This document shows positions 27,645 to 38,074 of a stretch of DNA of 64,000 bases, in pieces. The notes beneath the pieces were generated by a model. The model did no database searches, had not been told where the DNA came from, and saw only the letters and a list, made by a program, of their open reading frames with translations. Origin of the DNA: Candidatus Doudnabacteria bacterium (GTDB taxonomy: Bacteria; Patescibacteriota; Doudnabacteria; UBA920; O2-02-FULL-48-8); contig JAIFWV010000001.1 of NCBI GenBank assembly GCA_019659055.1, positions 6,123 through 70,122 on the forward strand, in the 5' to 3' direction. A program made the translations under genes and the position numbers. Positions within the stretch are counted from its first letter, which is position 1. Every line of letters begins with the position of its first letter.

Positions 27645-27929
27645 ATGGCTCATAAGAAAGCCGGGGGTTCTACAGCCTTAGGGCGCGACTCCCAATCCAA
27701 ACGACTTGGAATCAAATTATTCGGCGGACAATCCGCCCATGTGGGGTCCATACTCGTCCGCCAGCGCGGCACCAAATGGCACCCAGGCAAAAACGTTAAG
27801 CGCGGAAGCGACGACACTCTCTTTGCCCTTGCTGACGGAACTGTGAAATTCAGCTCCAAGAAAGTTCGCGGTTTCGACGGCGAACTCCACCAACGTAAGT
27901 TCGTCCACATAGTCAAAGCGACAAAATAA
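27645..27929 (+). CDS. rpmA: 50S ribosomal protein L27
   Basis: [29 protein letters not shown] matches the L27 N-terminus. Confidence 0.9.
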   Translation: MAHKKAGGSTALGRDSQSKRLGIKLFGGQSAHVGSILVRQRGTKWHPGKNVKRGSDDTLFALADGTVKFSSKKVRGFDGELHQRKFVHIVKATK

Positions 27930-27966
27930 GACCCGTGCAAACGGGTCTTTTGCTAAGGAGGTTTAC

Positions 27967-28299
27967 ATGAACGTCCCCTACTCAAACGCCGTGAAGCTGA
28001 GCCGGACAGAAGCACAGAAAATGGCGCTTAGCATCAATCTCGAGTCTCTCACGTCGATCCGGCTCGAATTCAACTGCTACTTCTTCGCCAAGATGGAGCG
28101 CAATGAACGGCAATACTACATCCGAGGCCAACGCTCGGATGTCGAAAAGCTGATCAACCGCCTAAAAGAAGGCCTCAAGGTTCTCCCCTCGGTGAAAGCG
28201 AGCGAAAATCGCCGAAACAGGCTGAGCGAAATCATCAAACGAGGCGAAAGGCTTGCCGAAGAGGTTTTGGAAAACAGGCTCGACGACCGCTTCGCCTAA
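27967..28299 (+). CDS. hypothetical protein (110 aa)
   Basis: A strong RBS aaggagg precedes the ATG. No family was recognised. Confidence 0.5.
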   Translation: MNVPYSNAVKLSRTEAQKMALSINLESLTSIRLEFNCYFFAKMERNERQYYIRGQRSDVEKLINRLKEGLKVLPSVKASENRRNRLSEIIKRGERLAEEVLENRLDDRFA

Positions 28300-28333
28300 C
28301 AAAAAAGGACTATCGTACTTACGGTAGTCCTTT

Positions 28334-30007
28334 TTACTTTTTCCTAGGCTTGCTCCTAGCCAATGCGGCTTTTATAAACTCCCGGAACAAGGGTCCTGGT
28401 GTCAGAGGTCTAGATTTGAATTCCGGATGGAACTGGACCCCGACGAAGAAGGGGTGATCAGCGTATTCCACAATCTCGACAAGTTGTTTATCTGGAGTCG
28501 TACCGGATATAACCATACCTTTGGCTTCTAGAATCTTGCGGTATTTATTGTTGACCTCATATCGGTGGCGATGCCGCTCTGAGATTTTATCAGTACCATA
28601 AGCCGCTTGGGCTTTGGTTCCGGGCTTCAGGATACATTGCCAAGCCCCCAATCGCATAGAACCTCCGTATTCGCGTTTGAGGAGCTTCTTTTCCTGCTCA
28701 GGCATGACGTAGATAACCTGGTGTTCGGCTTTTGGGTTGAATTCCATGCTATTTGCATCTTTGAGCTTGCAGACATTGCGCGCAAATTCAATCACGGCAA
28801 TTTGCAAACCTAGGCAAAGCCCTAGGTACGGGATTTTTTTCTCACGGGCATATTGCGCAGCCAAAATTTTGCCTTCGATTCCCCTTTTGCCAAACCCACC
28901 GGGCACGAGAATCGCGTCAACATTTTTGAGAGCTTCAGCCGCACCTCTTCTTGGTAATTTTTCTGAATCCACCCACTCGATATGTAATTCACAATCGTTG
29001 AAGAGGGCTGCGGACTTCAATGCTTCTGTTACGGAAAGGTATGTGTCTTTCATACCCATGTATTTGCCGACCAGCGCCAGGCGCAGTTTATTTTTCTTGG
29101 GCTTCTTGATCCGCGCCACCAAATTGGCCCATGAGCCATTCTTACGCTGTGTAACCTTGAGCTGAAATTTATTGATGATAAAGCTGTCGAGATTGTAGCG
29201 CTCGAGAATCAGCGGGACTTCATAAACTGTAGAGACAGTCTCAAGCGGAATAACAGCGTCCGGGTCCACACCGGCAAACAAGGCGATTTTGCTTATGATG
29301 CCGTTGCGGATGGGGTAATCGGATCGGCAGATGACCACATCGGGCTGAATGCCCATTGCCTGCAGGTCGTGGACGGAATTCTGCAAAGGTTTGGTCTTGA
29401 GTTCTTCGCTGACCGCAAGGTAAGGTACAAATCCAACATGGATGTACAAGACATTTTCTCGGCCGACATCGTAAACCATCTGACGAATGGCTTCTATAAA
29501 ATGCGTGCCTTCATAATCCCCGACCGTGCCTCCGATTTCGGTGATGAGGATATCGGCTTGTGATTCACGTGCGGCTTTCTTGATGCGCTCTTTGACTTCG
29601 TCGGTGACGTGAGGAATGACCTGAATGGTCTTACCGAGGAAGTACCCGGCGCGCTCCTTGTCCAAAATCGAGCGGTAGATCTGGCCGGTCATGACCGACG
29701 AGACACGGCTCAAGTTTACGTCTATAAAGCGCTCATAGTGGCCCAGGTCCAAATCCGTCTCCCCGCCGTCATCGGTCACAAAAACTTCGCCGTGTTCGGC
29801 CGGATTGAGGGTGCCGGCGTCAACATTGAGGTACTGGTCAAACTTCTGCATAAATACAGAAAAACCGCGAGCCTTAAGGATATTCCCTATTGATGCTGCG
29901 GTTATGCCTTTTCCGAGGCCAGAAAGCACGCCTCCGGTAACGAAGATATATTTGGTCTGCTTTTTTGAATTATTCGTGCTTCTCGACCTCGACTTTAACT
30001 TTGGCAT
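28334..30007 (-). CDS. pyrG: CTP synthase
   Basis: An N-terminal synthetase domain is followed by a C-terminal GATase domain carrying GLCLGLQ and the HPEF motif. Confidence 0.95.
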   Translation of the reverse strand: MPKLKSRSRSTNNSKKQTKYIFVTGGVLSGLGKGITAASIGNILKARGFSVFMQKFDQYLNVDAGTLNPAEHGEVFVTDDGGETDLDLGHYERFIDVNLSRVSSVMTGQIYRSILDKERAGYFLGKTIQVIPHVTDEVKERIKKAARESQADILITEIGGTVGDYEGTHFIEAIRQMVYDVGRENVLYIHVGFVPYLAVSEELKTKPLQNSVHDLQAMGIQPDVVICRSDYPIRNGIISKIALFAGVDPDAVIPLETVSTVYEVPLILERYNLDSFIINKFQLKVTQRKNGSWANLVARIKKPKKNKLRLALVGKYMGMKDTYLSVTEALKSAALFNDCELHIEWVDSEKLPRRGAAEALKNVDAILVPGGFGKRGIEGKILAAQYAREKKIPYLGLCLGLQIAVIEFARNVCKLKDANSMEFNPKAEHQVIYVMPEQEKKLLKREYGGSMRLGAWQCILKPGTKAQAAYGTDKISERHRHRYEVNNKYRKILEAKGMVISGTTPDKQLVEIVEYADHPFFVGVQFHPEFKSRPLTPGPLFREFIKAALARSKPRKK

Positions 30008-30416
30008 TTACTTGTTCTAAAATTTTAATCTCGATTTCGGTTGTGCCCAAACTCTTAATTGCCTGCTTGATTATAACTTGTTTCGGCTCGATTGCCAAAT
30101 TGAATTCCCGGTTCACGGCTTGGGCGATTTCCGCCTCATGGATGGCGGCAAATAGCCGCAATCCTTGGGCTTTGCCCGAAAGCTTGATGGTCTTGCCCTG
30201 GAGGCGGTTTCTAATATTTTCGGCCTGCTCAGCGAATTTGCGCATTTTTTCTTCGCGCTCGGCTTCTTCTTTTTGAACTTGAGCAAGGAGAGCGCTTGTG
30301 GCAGGGGCAGCCAAATGACGAGCAATCAAAAAGTTTCTGGCGTATCCGTCAGAAACTTCGCAGATTTTCCCTTTGCGCCCCAGGCCCGAAACGTCTCGAG
30401 TAAGAATAATTTTCAT
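29970..30416 (-). CDS. rplI: 50S ribosomal protein L9
   Basis: MKIILTRDVSGLGRKGKICEVSDGYARNFL matches L9. Confidence 0.85.
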   Translation of the reverse strand: MKIILTRDVSGLGRKGKICEVSDGYARNFLIARHLAAPATSALLAQVQKEEAEREEKMRKFAEQAENIRNRLQGKTIKLSGKAQGLRLFAAIHEAEIAQAVNREFNLAIEPKQVIIKQAIKSLGTTEIEIKILEQVNAKVKVEVEKHE

Positions 30417-30422
30417 AGGCAT

Positions 30423-30490
30423 GAATCATGAATCGTAAAACGTGTATCGCGACATGTCTCACGCTTCACGTTACACGGCTATTATACCCT
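30423..30490 (-). promoter_or_regulatory. conserved leader element copy C (upstream of rplI), with -10 TATAAT then GTGTAACGTGAAGCGTGA
   Basis: In gene sense it reads gggTATAATagccGTGTAACGTGAAGCGTGAgacatgtcgcgatacacgttttacgattcatgattcATG. It is homologous to the leaders at 39401-39482 and 41018-41095. Confidence 0.55.
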
Positions 30491-31396
30491 GAGGTATCTG
30501 CGCATGGCAATCAGTGATGCAATCACACCCAAACCGACCCCGATTACTAAATTGGCCAAAAGGATTTTCCAATACAAGGCGCTCATAAGGCTTCCGCCCA
30601 GGGTCTGGAGCGATAAGAACTGCTCGACTTTGCCTGATAGGACCGATAAAAGCAGTAGCATAATTCCTGAAGCAATAATCATAGCCAAAAGCCCGTACAT
30701 GATACCTTCGATGATAAACGGTCCGCGGATATACCAGTTGGTGGCACCGACCAAACGCATAATTTCCACTTCTTCCCGGCGATTATAGATTGTCAGCCGA
30801 ATAGTATTGAACATGACCATAATGGTCACAATTATAAAGACGATTGTCAGGCCGATCCCGCCCTTGGTGATCACGTTTGTGATTTTATTCAAGCGATCAA
30901 TAACTTTTTTGTTATCGCGGATTTTGGCAAAATATGGCTTGTACCGATCCGAGCCCAAGACGCTTGCAATATTTTCGTAGTCCGAAAGATTCTCCCCTTT
31001 TATGGCAAATGAGGCTGGCAAAGGATTGTCGTTTTCCGAAAACTCATTCACAGTTTCAATCAGCAAAGGCTCGTCCTGATGTGCGGCGATAAATTTGTCA
31101 CGGGCCAGATTCTTCGGGATATAAACAATCTCTTTCACGCCTTGGGTGGCGGCCAGTTCGTCTTTGATATTGAGAATCTCTGTTTCGGAAGTAGTGTTAT
31201 TGAAATAAGCGGTAATCCCGACTTTATCTTTGACGTTATCCAAGGACACGGAAGTCAGCGTGTACAGCACAATGATTGTGGAGATTATAAAAAGCGTAAT
31301 CGTCATGACCGAAGTCGCCGCAATAGACAGCCATATATTGCGGAAGAAGTTGGTGACTCCCGATTTTACCAAGCGTTTAAAAACTGTGGAGTTCAT
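30482..31396 (-). CDS. ftsX: cell division ABC transporter permease FtsX
   Basis: It has 4 TM and a large first periplasmic loop. It is immediately downstream of ftsE. Confidence 0.85.
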   Translation of the reverse strand: MNSTVFKRLVKSGVTNFFRNIWLSIAATSVMTITLFIISTIIVLYTLTSVSLDNVKDKVGITAYFNNTTSETEILNIKDELAATQGVKEIVYIPKNLARDKFIAAHQDEPLLIETVNEFSENDNPLPASFAIKGENLSDYENIASVLGSDRYKPYFAKIRDNKKVIDRLNKITNVITKGGIGLTIVFIIVTIMVMFNTIRLTIYNRREEVEIMRLVGATNWYIRGPFIIEGIMYGLLAMIIASGIMLLLLSVLSGKVEQFLSLQTLGGSLMSALYWKILLANLVIGVGLGVIASLIAMRRYLRV

Positions 31397-32073
31397 AGTA
31401 CGTATTTCCCTTTTTCTTGGTCGTAGACAATCTCGCCTTTTTCGATGGTCACGACGCGCTTCTTGATGCTATTCACTAAATCTTTGGCGTGGGTCGCCAA
31501 AATAACAGTTGTGCCGTCTTTATTTATCTTCAACAAAAGCTGGATAATATCCCAAGCGTTTATGGAATCAAGGTTACCGGTCGGTTCGTCGGCCAAAAGC
31601 AAGACAGGATTGTGAGCCAGTGCTCGGGCGATAGCTACTCTTTGCCGTTCGCCGCCGGACATTTCGTGAGGAAAAGCTTTTGCTTTGTCTTCGAGTCCCA
31701 CGGTTTCCAAAATTTTTGGGACGTGCGATTTGATATCCTCCACTCGTTCCCCGGCAACTTCCATGGCAAAGGCAATGTTTTCGAATGCCGTCCGGTTTGG
31801 CAGAAGTTTGATGTCCTGAAACACGACTCCGATTTTGCGGCGAAGATACGGGATGTCCATAGACCGGATCCTGGCAACATCGATATCGTCGATAAGGATG
31901 CGTCCCGAATCAGGTTTCTCTTCCCCAATAATCAATTTCATCAAAGTGGATTTTCCAGCGCCCGACTGCCCGACTAACGACAAAAATTCACCCTTGTGAA
32001 TTTCAAGGTTGATGTTTTTGATCGCCTGATTGCTGTGATTGTACGTTTTTGTTACAGAATCGAATTTGATCAT
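31393..32073 (-). CDS. ftsE: cell division ATP-binding protein FtsE
   Basis: GQSGAGKST is Walker A and LSGGERQRVAIARAL is the ABC signature. It overlaps ftsX by 4 nt. Confidence 0.9.
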   Translation of the reverse strand: MIKFDSVTKTYNHSNQAIKNINLEIHKGEFLSLVGQSGAGKSTLMKLIIGEEKPDSGRILIDDIDVARIRSMDIPYLRRKIGVVFQDIKLLPNRTAFENIAFAMEVAGERVEDIKSHVPKILETVGLEDKAKAFPHEMSGGERQRVAIARALAHNPVLLLADEPTGNLDSINAWDIIQLLLKINKDGTTVILATHAKDLVNSIKKRVVTIEKGEIVYDQEKGKYVL

Positions 32074-32114
32074 TGAAAGTATTATAGCATTTTATTTACC
32101 GGAAGCCGAAGCAA

Positions 32115-33213
32115 TCATTGTCTCTCCAGACTAAATTCAAGATATGCTTTGATAAATTCGTCCAAATCGCCATCCAAAACGGATTGCGTGTCTGAAGTTT
32201 CGTAGTTAGTGCGGTGATCTTTGACCATCTTGTAAGGATGCAGGACATACGAACGGATCTGATTCCCCCACTCGGCACTGTGATATTCTCCGCGAAGCTT
32301 GAGCCGCTCCTCCAACTGCCGCTGTTCCTCGAGGTGAGCAATTTTGGCGGTGAGAATTTTGATAGCTTGCTCTTTATTTTGGGCCTGTGAGCGCTCGTTT
32401 TGGATGGTCACCGTCGTCCCGGTGGGTTTGTGCACCGCCCGGATTGCCGAATAAGTTGTGTTTACAGATTGTCCCCCGTGTCCGCGCGAAGTTTTGGCCT
32501 CAAGCTCGACATCGTCCATGTTGAGTTTGAATTCTTCTTGTTCGATAATCGGCAAAACTTCGACTAGGGCAAATGAAGTTTCGCGCGAGGCGCTGGAATT
32601 AAACGGCGACTGGCGCACCAATCTGTGAACTCCGGCTTCGCTTTTGAGATAACCATAGGCATACTCGCCCATGACTTCGAAGACGACACTCTTGATACCA
32701 GCTTCGGTGCCGCGGCTTTCGTCTATGACCTGGGTCTTGAGGCCGCGAGCCTCGGCCCAGCGCAAATACATGCGCAACAGGATTTCCGCCCAGTCCTGGG
32801 CATCGGTCCCGCCCGCTCCGGCGTGGATAGAAAGAATTGCCGAATGATTGTCGTATTTACCGCCGAGGAACGTAGTCAGGCGAATCCGCTCGAATTGAGC
32901 CTCCAGGCGCTTAAATTTGGCCTGTAATTCGCTTTCCAGAGCTTTATCGGATTCTACCACCGCAAGCTCCACCAAACCCTCTAAATCATGGATTTCGGTC
33001 TCTAAATTCTTCCAGGCTTCCGCATGGTTTTTGAGCGTGGTGAACTCGCGGCTAATTTTTTGAGCCGTTAGGTTATCCTGCCAGAAATAGGGTTGCCCCA
33101 TCTGGTCTTCAAGCTCCAAAATTTTTTGCTCTTTTTGGGGAAGCTCAAAGATGCTCCTTAAGATCTTTCATACTGGCCTTGAGATCTTGGATATGCTTTT
33201 TTAGTTCTTGCAT
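32115..33213 (-). CDS. prfB: peptide chain release factor 2, with a programmed +1 frameshift site
   Basis: The SPF and GGQ motifs are present. The frame-0 ORF MQELKKHIQDLKASMKDLKEHL ends at CTT TGA (plus-strand coordinates 33150-33145). An SD-like aaggag sits 3 nt upstream of the shift site. The +1 frame continues as ELPQKEQKILELEDQMGQPYF... Confidence 0.8.
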
Positions 33214-33413
33214 TGAGAATATTTAAATTACTGAAGTTAAAAAATATAAGCCTACTGCTATAATCGCAGTCCAGATTAAAATAGGCTGATAATTTTTTCC
33301 TCGAAGAAATCCCCAAGCCTGGAATTGATTATTTGCTCCCCAAAGAATCAATGAGGAAATAGCGAGGATTGCTAGCAAAATTTTGACTATAAACATGCCG
33401 GTACAATTAATTA

Positions 33414-33887
33414 TTAACGTTCGTAAGTTACAAATGAATATTCTTCATGATCTTCGCGGGAGATTTCTTTCCACTGGGATTTATCGAATTCCGGGAACAG
33501 GACATCGCCATCAATAACTTTATGGACTTCGGTCAGATATAATTTATCAGCTTTATCCATGAGCTGCGAATAAATTTGCCCGCCGCCTGCGACCATTATT
33601 TCACCATCGTCTTTACATGCTTGTAATGCATCCTCAAGGCTGTGATAAACATACACGCCCTCTGGCGGGCTAAATTTTGGGTCGCGAGAGACCACGACAT
33701 TTTTTCGATTCGGCAAAGGCTTGCCAATACGATTTATAATCGAATCAAAAGTATTTTTACCCATAAGCACCGTGTGACCCGTGGTAATATCTTTGAAATG
33801 CTTGAGGTCTTCTTTGATATACCAGGGAATAGCATTATGCGATCCAATCACTCGATTTTCGGCTACGCCAATAACAAATGAAATCAT
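33414..33887 (-). CDS. folA: dihydrofolate reductase
   Basis: MISFVIGVAENRVIGSHNAIPWYIKEDLKHFKDITTGHTVLMGKNTF is a DHFR signature. Confidence 0.85.
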   Translation of the reverse strand: MISFVIGVAENRVIGSHNAIPWYIKEDLKHFKDITTGHTVLMGKNTFDSIINRIGKPLPNRKNVVVSRDPKFSPPEGVYVYHSLEDALQACKDDGEIMVAGGGQIYSQLMDKADKLYLTEVHKVIDGDVLFPEFDKSQWKEISREDHEEYSFVTYER

Positions 33888-33968
33888 TTTAGGACAGCCT
33901 TGGTTTCCATCTCGAACGAAGTGAGAGATCCCTCCTAAGAGCGACTTCTCGCTAATCGCTCGAAGTGG

Positions 33969-34934
33969 TCAATTTTTCTTGCCTTCATAAAGTCCGCCGG
34001 AGACGGAGAGTTCCGCTTTGATGGCGCCATGAGGATTATAATCAATCAGCCTCACCCTGTCCGGGGTAAAGTCATCAATAGACTTCACACCAGGATCAAG
34101 TTCGATTTTTGGGAATGGGTTTGGAGTACGTGAGAGTTGCTCCTTCACCTGCTCCAAATGGTTTTCATAAATGTGCACATCGCCGAAAGTGTGTACAAAT
34201 TCGCCAGGTTGGTAACCTGTAACCTGGGCCAGAATCACAGTCAGCAAAGCGTATGAGGCAATATTGAAAGGCACGCCCAAAAATATATCTGCTGATCTTT
34301 GATAAAGTTGCAAAGACAGCTTGCCGTCGATGACATTGAACTGGTACATATTATGACAGATCGGGTATTTGGCCGCATCCTCATAAGTTGCCATGGTGTA
34401 CAGATATTCCGGGTTCCAGGAGTTCACGATAAGATTATGCGCATTTGGATCATCTTTGAGTTCTTGGATAGCCCAAGCCAGCTGGTCAATTGTCCTTCCG
34501 GGAGTCCTGGTCGGCCAATGCCGCCAGAGCTCACCATAAATGTGAGGCAACACTCCATGTTCTTTTGCGAACGCATCGTCTTCCGTAATTTTTTGGACAA
34601 ATTCTTCTTTGGTCAGATTCGGAACTTGCCCCGCTTCCATTTTCTTCTTGTAGTATTTGTAAGGATAATCGTCCCAAATGTGGACGCCTTTGCGCGCGAG
34701 GTAACTGACGTTGTTCTGGCCAGAGGCAAACCAGTAGAGCTCTTCGACCACCCCTTTCCAAAAAACTTTCTTCGTGGTTAGCAGCGGGAAATCCTTGGAC
34801 AAATCAAAACGAATTTGTTTACCAAACAAACTATAAGAAGCGTCGCCTGTCCCACGGTCAACTTTGCGAAATCCCTTTTCCAGGATTTCCTTCATCAGAT
34901 CTAGGTATTGATATTCAGGGTGTTTGGTTTCCAT
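33969..34934 (-). CDS. thyA: thymidylate synthase (ThyA)
   Basis: The catalytic-Cys region PCHNMYQF, and YQRSADIFLGVPFNIASYALLT, are present. The start is set at METKHPEYQY. Confidence 0.9.
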   Translation of the reverse strand: METKHPEYQYLDLMKEILEKGFRKVDRGTGDASYSLFGKQIRFDLSKDFPLLTTKKVFWKGVVEELYWFASGQNNVSYLARKGVHIWDDYPYKYYKKKMEAGQVPNLTKEEFVQKITEDDAFAKEHGVLPHIYGELWRHWPTRTPGRTIDQLAWAIQELKDDPNAHNLIVNSWNPEYLYTMATYEDAAKYPICHNMYQFNVIDGKLSLQLYQRSADIFLGVPFNIASYALLTVILAQVTGYQPGEFVHTFGDVHIYENHLEQVKEQLSRTPNPFPKIELDPGVKSIDDFTPDRVRLIDYNPHGAIKAELSVSGGLYEGKKN

Positions 34935-34935
34935 A

Positions 34936-35607
34936 TTATTCAATGTTAAAAACTTTATCAGTTCCGTAATAATCTTCCCAATTGTTGTTGTAATACTCAA
35001 ACATCCGCGCCAGGCGGTCTTGGGGTAATTCCATAAGCCCGATCTCACTCATGGCATTCCGGATTTCGTCTTTGATCCCCTCCACGCGAGATGCGTCATC
35101 GGAGATCTTCTCAAACTCGGCCAGGTATCCATAGCCGGCGTTTTTGTCGATGCTTACGTTCATTCCTTTGTAGGTATATTCTTGGCGCTCGCGTGACCAT
35201 TTGGCCTGATAACTAAACCCTGATTCAATCAAAATTTTATCGAGCTCTTCAAGACTCATGTTTACTTCCGACTCAAATTCGAGTCTGGCGGTGCCGTTAC
35301 TGCTTGTCGTGTCATCGACTGATGCTTTGATCACCAGAATCACCTTCTCGTCTGCTTTGCGTGTACGGACAGAAAATTCTTTGGCGTCGTAGCAGAGTTG
35401 TTTAAAGACGTCGCGCTTATCCTCGGCAATGTGCATCTCCGCATTTTCGTAAAGCCGTGTCAGGTCGCCGCCGATAAAGTAATGGTTAAGCTGTTTGTGT
35501 TCCCCGTGGGCCACGAAACTTGGATCAGCTTTCAGTTTCTCCAACAGCAAATCAGCGTTTTCCTTGGCACCGAGCAATGACTTAATTTCGACTTCGTAGG
35601 AATTCAT
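34936..35607 (-). CDS. CYTH-domain protein (triphosphate tunnel metalloenzyme)
   Basis: YEVEIKSLL at the start is the CYTH ExExK-type signature. Confidence 0.7.
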   Translation of the reverse strand: MNSYEVEIKSLLGAKENADLLLEKLKADPSFVAHGEHKQLNHYFIGGDLTRLYENAEMHIAEDKRDVFKQLCYDAKEFSVRTRKADEKVILVIKASVDDTTSSNGTARLEFESEVNMSLEELDKILIESGFSYQAKWSRERQEYTYKGMNVSIDKNAGYGYLAEFEKISDDASRVEGIKDEIRNAMSEIGLMELPQDRLARMFEYYNNNWEDYYGTDKVFNIE

Positions 35608-36188
35608 TAGCGCTCTTTCCGAACCTCTTGAGACAATTTGGATGCCAGAGGGCTTTTTTGATTAGCATATTTGTTGTTCTTCTTCTTGCGATATGGTACT
35701 TCCACTGGGCTTGAGACTTCCTCGAAGGTAAACGAGCAAATCCGCATGCCGGGATAAAGCGCAATCGGAAGAGTACCGAGATTACCTAGTTCCATAGTCG
35801 GGATCCCGATCCATCCTGGATCAAAGACTGAAGCCGTGCCGTGGACAATAATTCCCAGGCGCCCTAGAGAGCTCCGTCCTTCGATTCGGCCCAAGAGATC
35901 ATCTGCAAGCTCAAGGGTTTCCACAGTGTTAGCCAGGGCAAAGGAACCCGGCTGCATTATGAAGGGTCGGTCTTTTTCTATTACCAATTCTTCCATGATT
36001 TTACTGGTGTCGATGTCTCCTTTCAAATCGATGTAGGGGTAACTGGAATTCTTGAAGAAGCGGAATTTATTGCCAAGATGCATGTCTATTGAGCATGACC
36101 CAAGCTGAATTTTGAGGTCTGGTTTTGGTGTGATTTTAATGCGCCCGGATTTCAGGGCTTTTTTGATGTCTCGGTCGGATAGGATCAT
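35607..36188 (-). CDS. dcd: dCTP deaminase
   Basis: MILSDRDIKKALKSGRIKI and IDLKGDIDT-type motifs are present. Confidence 0.9.
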   Translation of the reverse strand: MILSDRDIKKALKSGRIKITPKPDLKIQLGSCSIDMHLGNKFRFFKNSSYPYIDLKGDIDTSKIMEELVIEKDRPFIMQPGSFALANTVETLELADDLLGRIEGRSSLGRLGIIVHGTASVFDPGWIGIPTMELGNLGTLPIALYPGMRICSFTFEEVSSPVEVPYRKKKNNKYANQKSPLASKLSQEVRKER

Positions 36189-36242
36189 TGTTTTTCTTTA
36201 ATTCTTAGGCATAATAGCAGATTTTTCTGCTATAATCTAGTT

Positions 36243-36779
36243 ATGAAAACGCTACTGATAGATAACGGGAGTAAGTACACCAAAAAACTTCAAAAACTCT
36301 GCGCGGCGGACAAAACTATAGATTGGCAAAACTTAGATATCAGACAATGTGCCAATTATGATCTTATAATTTTATCCGGGGGTCATTTGTTTCCCGTGGT
36401 TAGCCATGAGAAGGATTTTAAAGACGAGATTAAGCTAATCAAGCGCCTTAAGAAACCTATTATCGGAATTTGTCTTGGCAGTGAATTAATTGCACATGCG
36501 TACGGAGCAAGCCTCGTGCGAATGAACCGGAAAAAACATGGAGAAATTAAAATCCGAGGTAAGGGAGGGGTATTCAATGTTTATGAAAGCCATCGCTGGG
36601 CTATTAAGAAACTTCCCGCCAACCTCGTCGAAATAGCAAGGTCTAAGGATGGGGTGGAAATCTTCCGCCATAAGACTAAACCAATCGTCGGGATACAATT
36701 CCATCCCGAAGTGTTGGTAAGTAAAACTTCGGGAAGGAATCTATTTCAAAATATTCTCAACACTCTGTCTTCGTCTTAG
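36243..36779 (+). CDS. class I glutamine amidotransferase-like protein
   Basis: GICLGSELIA carries the nucleophile Cys and IQFHPEV carries the His/Glu. Confidence 0.7.
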   Translation: MKTLLIDNGSKYTKKLQKLCAADKTIDWQNLDIRQCANYDLIILSGGHLFPVVSHEKDFKDEIKLIKRLKKPIIGICLGSELIAHAYGASLVRMNRKKHGEIKIRGKGGVFNVYESHRWAIKKLPANLVEIARSKDGVEIFRHKTKPIVGIQFHPEVLVSKTSGRNLFQNILNTLSSS

Positions 36780-38030
36780 AATCCATTCTTCCGGATACCA
36801 TAATTGTCGCAATTCTCCGGCTAAGAAGAATGATCCGGTTACGAGTATTGCATCTTTCGGGCCGGCTACGGTTCGAGCTTTCATTAATGCCTGTTTTGGA
36901 TCCAAAGTCATTTCCACGATACTGCCGGCATTAGAATACCTCTTTGCTAAATTATATAGAATAATCGGATCTGCCGTTTTTCTCCTTTCCGATTGGAATC
37001 TCGTCACGAAGATATGCTTGGCCTTTGGGGCGATTACTTTTGTTATTTTATCAATTTGTTTGTCATTGGAGATTCCAATAACAAGTGATAAGTTTGCGAA
37101 CTTCTGGCTCTTTAACTTTTGAACCGTGTTTTTCATTTTGATTACATTGTGCGCTCCATCAACAATAAGCAGAGGTTTTGTTTCGAGAATTTCGAATCGC
37201 GCCGGCAATTGGACGGCTTCAGTTATTCCCAGCTTTATAATTTGTGAAGAAATACCGAGCTGTTTTGCTATTGCCGAAGCCAGAGCTTCGTTAGAGTTAT
37301 CTGACATACATTTGATTTGTTGAAATCTCGTTGATAATTTCTTACACTCGGTCCGAAACATCTTTAATAACCCTGGTCTTTTCTCAGTCGTTAAAAAACT
37401 ACTTTTACATTTTACGATCCCTATCTTCTCCCAAGCAATTTTCTCCAATGTGTTACCCAATGCATTCATATGATCATAATCAATATTGGTTATGGCAGAT
37501 ACCAGAGACTTTTCGATGACGTTTGTTGCGTCATAGCGGCCGCCACAAGCCACTTCGAGGACCACATACTTGCATTTCTTTTTTGCAAAATAAACTATGG
37601 CCAAACAAAATAAAATCTCAAAAAATGATGGTCCGCCAAAGGGTGATTCGAGATATGCACGGTCGATGTATGGTTTCAGCTCTTCGACTAAATCAGCAAA
37701 TTCATCGGGCGCGATAAATTTTTTATCAACTTTTATTTTCTCAATGCTGGTCGTCACGTAGGGTGACGTAAATAATCCAACATTCTTTTGCCCGCTGGCC
37801 ATAAGAATAGATTGAGTAAGATTGGAGACTGATCCTTTCCCCGCTGTTCCTGTGATGTGGACAAAATCCATATTTCGGTCCGGGTTGTTCAGTAGGTTCA
37901 AAAGGAACCTGGTCCGATTTAGGTAAATTTTTGGATAATCAGGGTCTTCCATATACACTTTGTCATTCGGAAGGTTGTGTAACCCTTCCAAATATTTAAC
38001 ACTGTTATAGTATCTTTGAAAATTAGTCAT
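36741..38030 (-). CDS. folC: folylpolyglutamate synthase / dihydrofolate synthase (Mur ligase family)
   Basis: ITGTAGKGS is the P-loop. GGRYDATNV and DGAHN are also present. Confidence 0.8.
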   Translation of the reverse strand: MTNFQRYYNSVKYLEGLHNLPNDKVYMEDPDYPKIYLNRTRFLLNLLNNPDRNMDFVHITGTAGKGSVSNLTQSILMASGQKNVGLFTSPYVTTSIEKIKVDKKFIAPDEFADLVEELKPYIDRAYLESPFGGPSFFEILFCLAIVYFAKKKCKYVVLEVACGGRYDATNVIEKSLVSAITNIDYDHMNALGNTLEKIAWEKIGIVKCKSSFLTTEKRPGLLKMFRTECKKLSTRFQQIKCMSDNSNEALASAIAKQLGISSQIIKLGITEAVQLPARFEILETKPLLIVDGAHNVIKMKNTVQKLKSQKFANLSLVIGISNDKQIDKITKVIAPKAKHIFVTRFQSERRKTADPIILYNLAKRYSNAGSIVEMTLDPKQALMKARTVAGPKDAILVTGSFFLAGELRQLWYPEEWILRRRQSVENILK

Positions 38031-38048
38031 AATTTGGGTTTAGCAGAT

Positions 38049-38074
38049 AAAAATAAAAAACCGCCCTAGGCGGT
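38049..38074 (-). terminator. rho-independent terminator (minus strand) downstream of rplA and upstream of folC
   Basis: On the minus strand the hairpin accgcctagggcggt is followed by tttttatttttat. A second perfect 12-bp hairpin lies at 38181-38209, and an extended -10 (TGgTATAAT) at 38165-38173. Confidence 0.6.
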
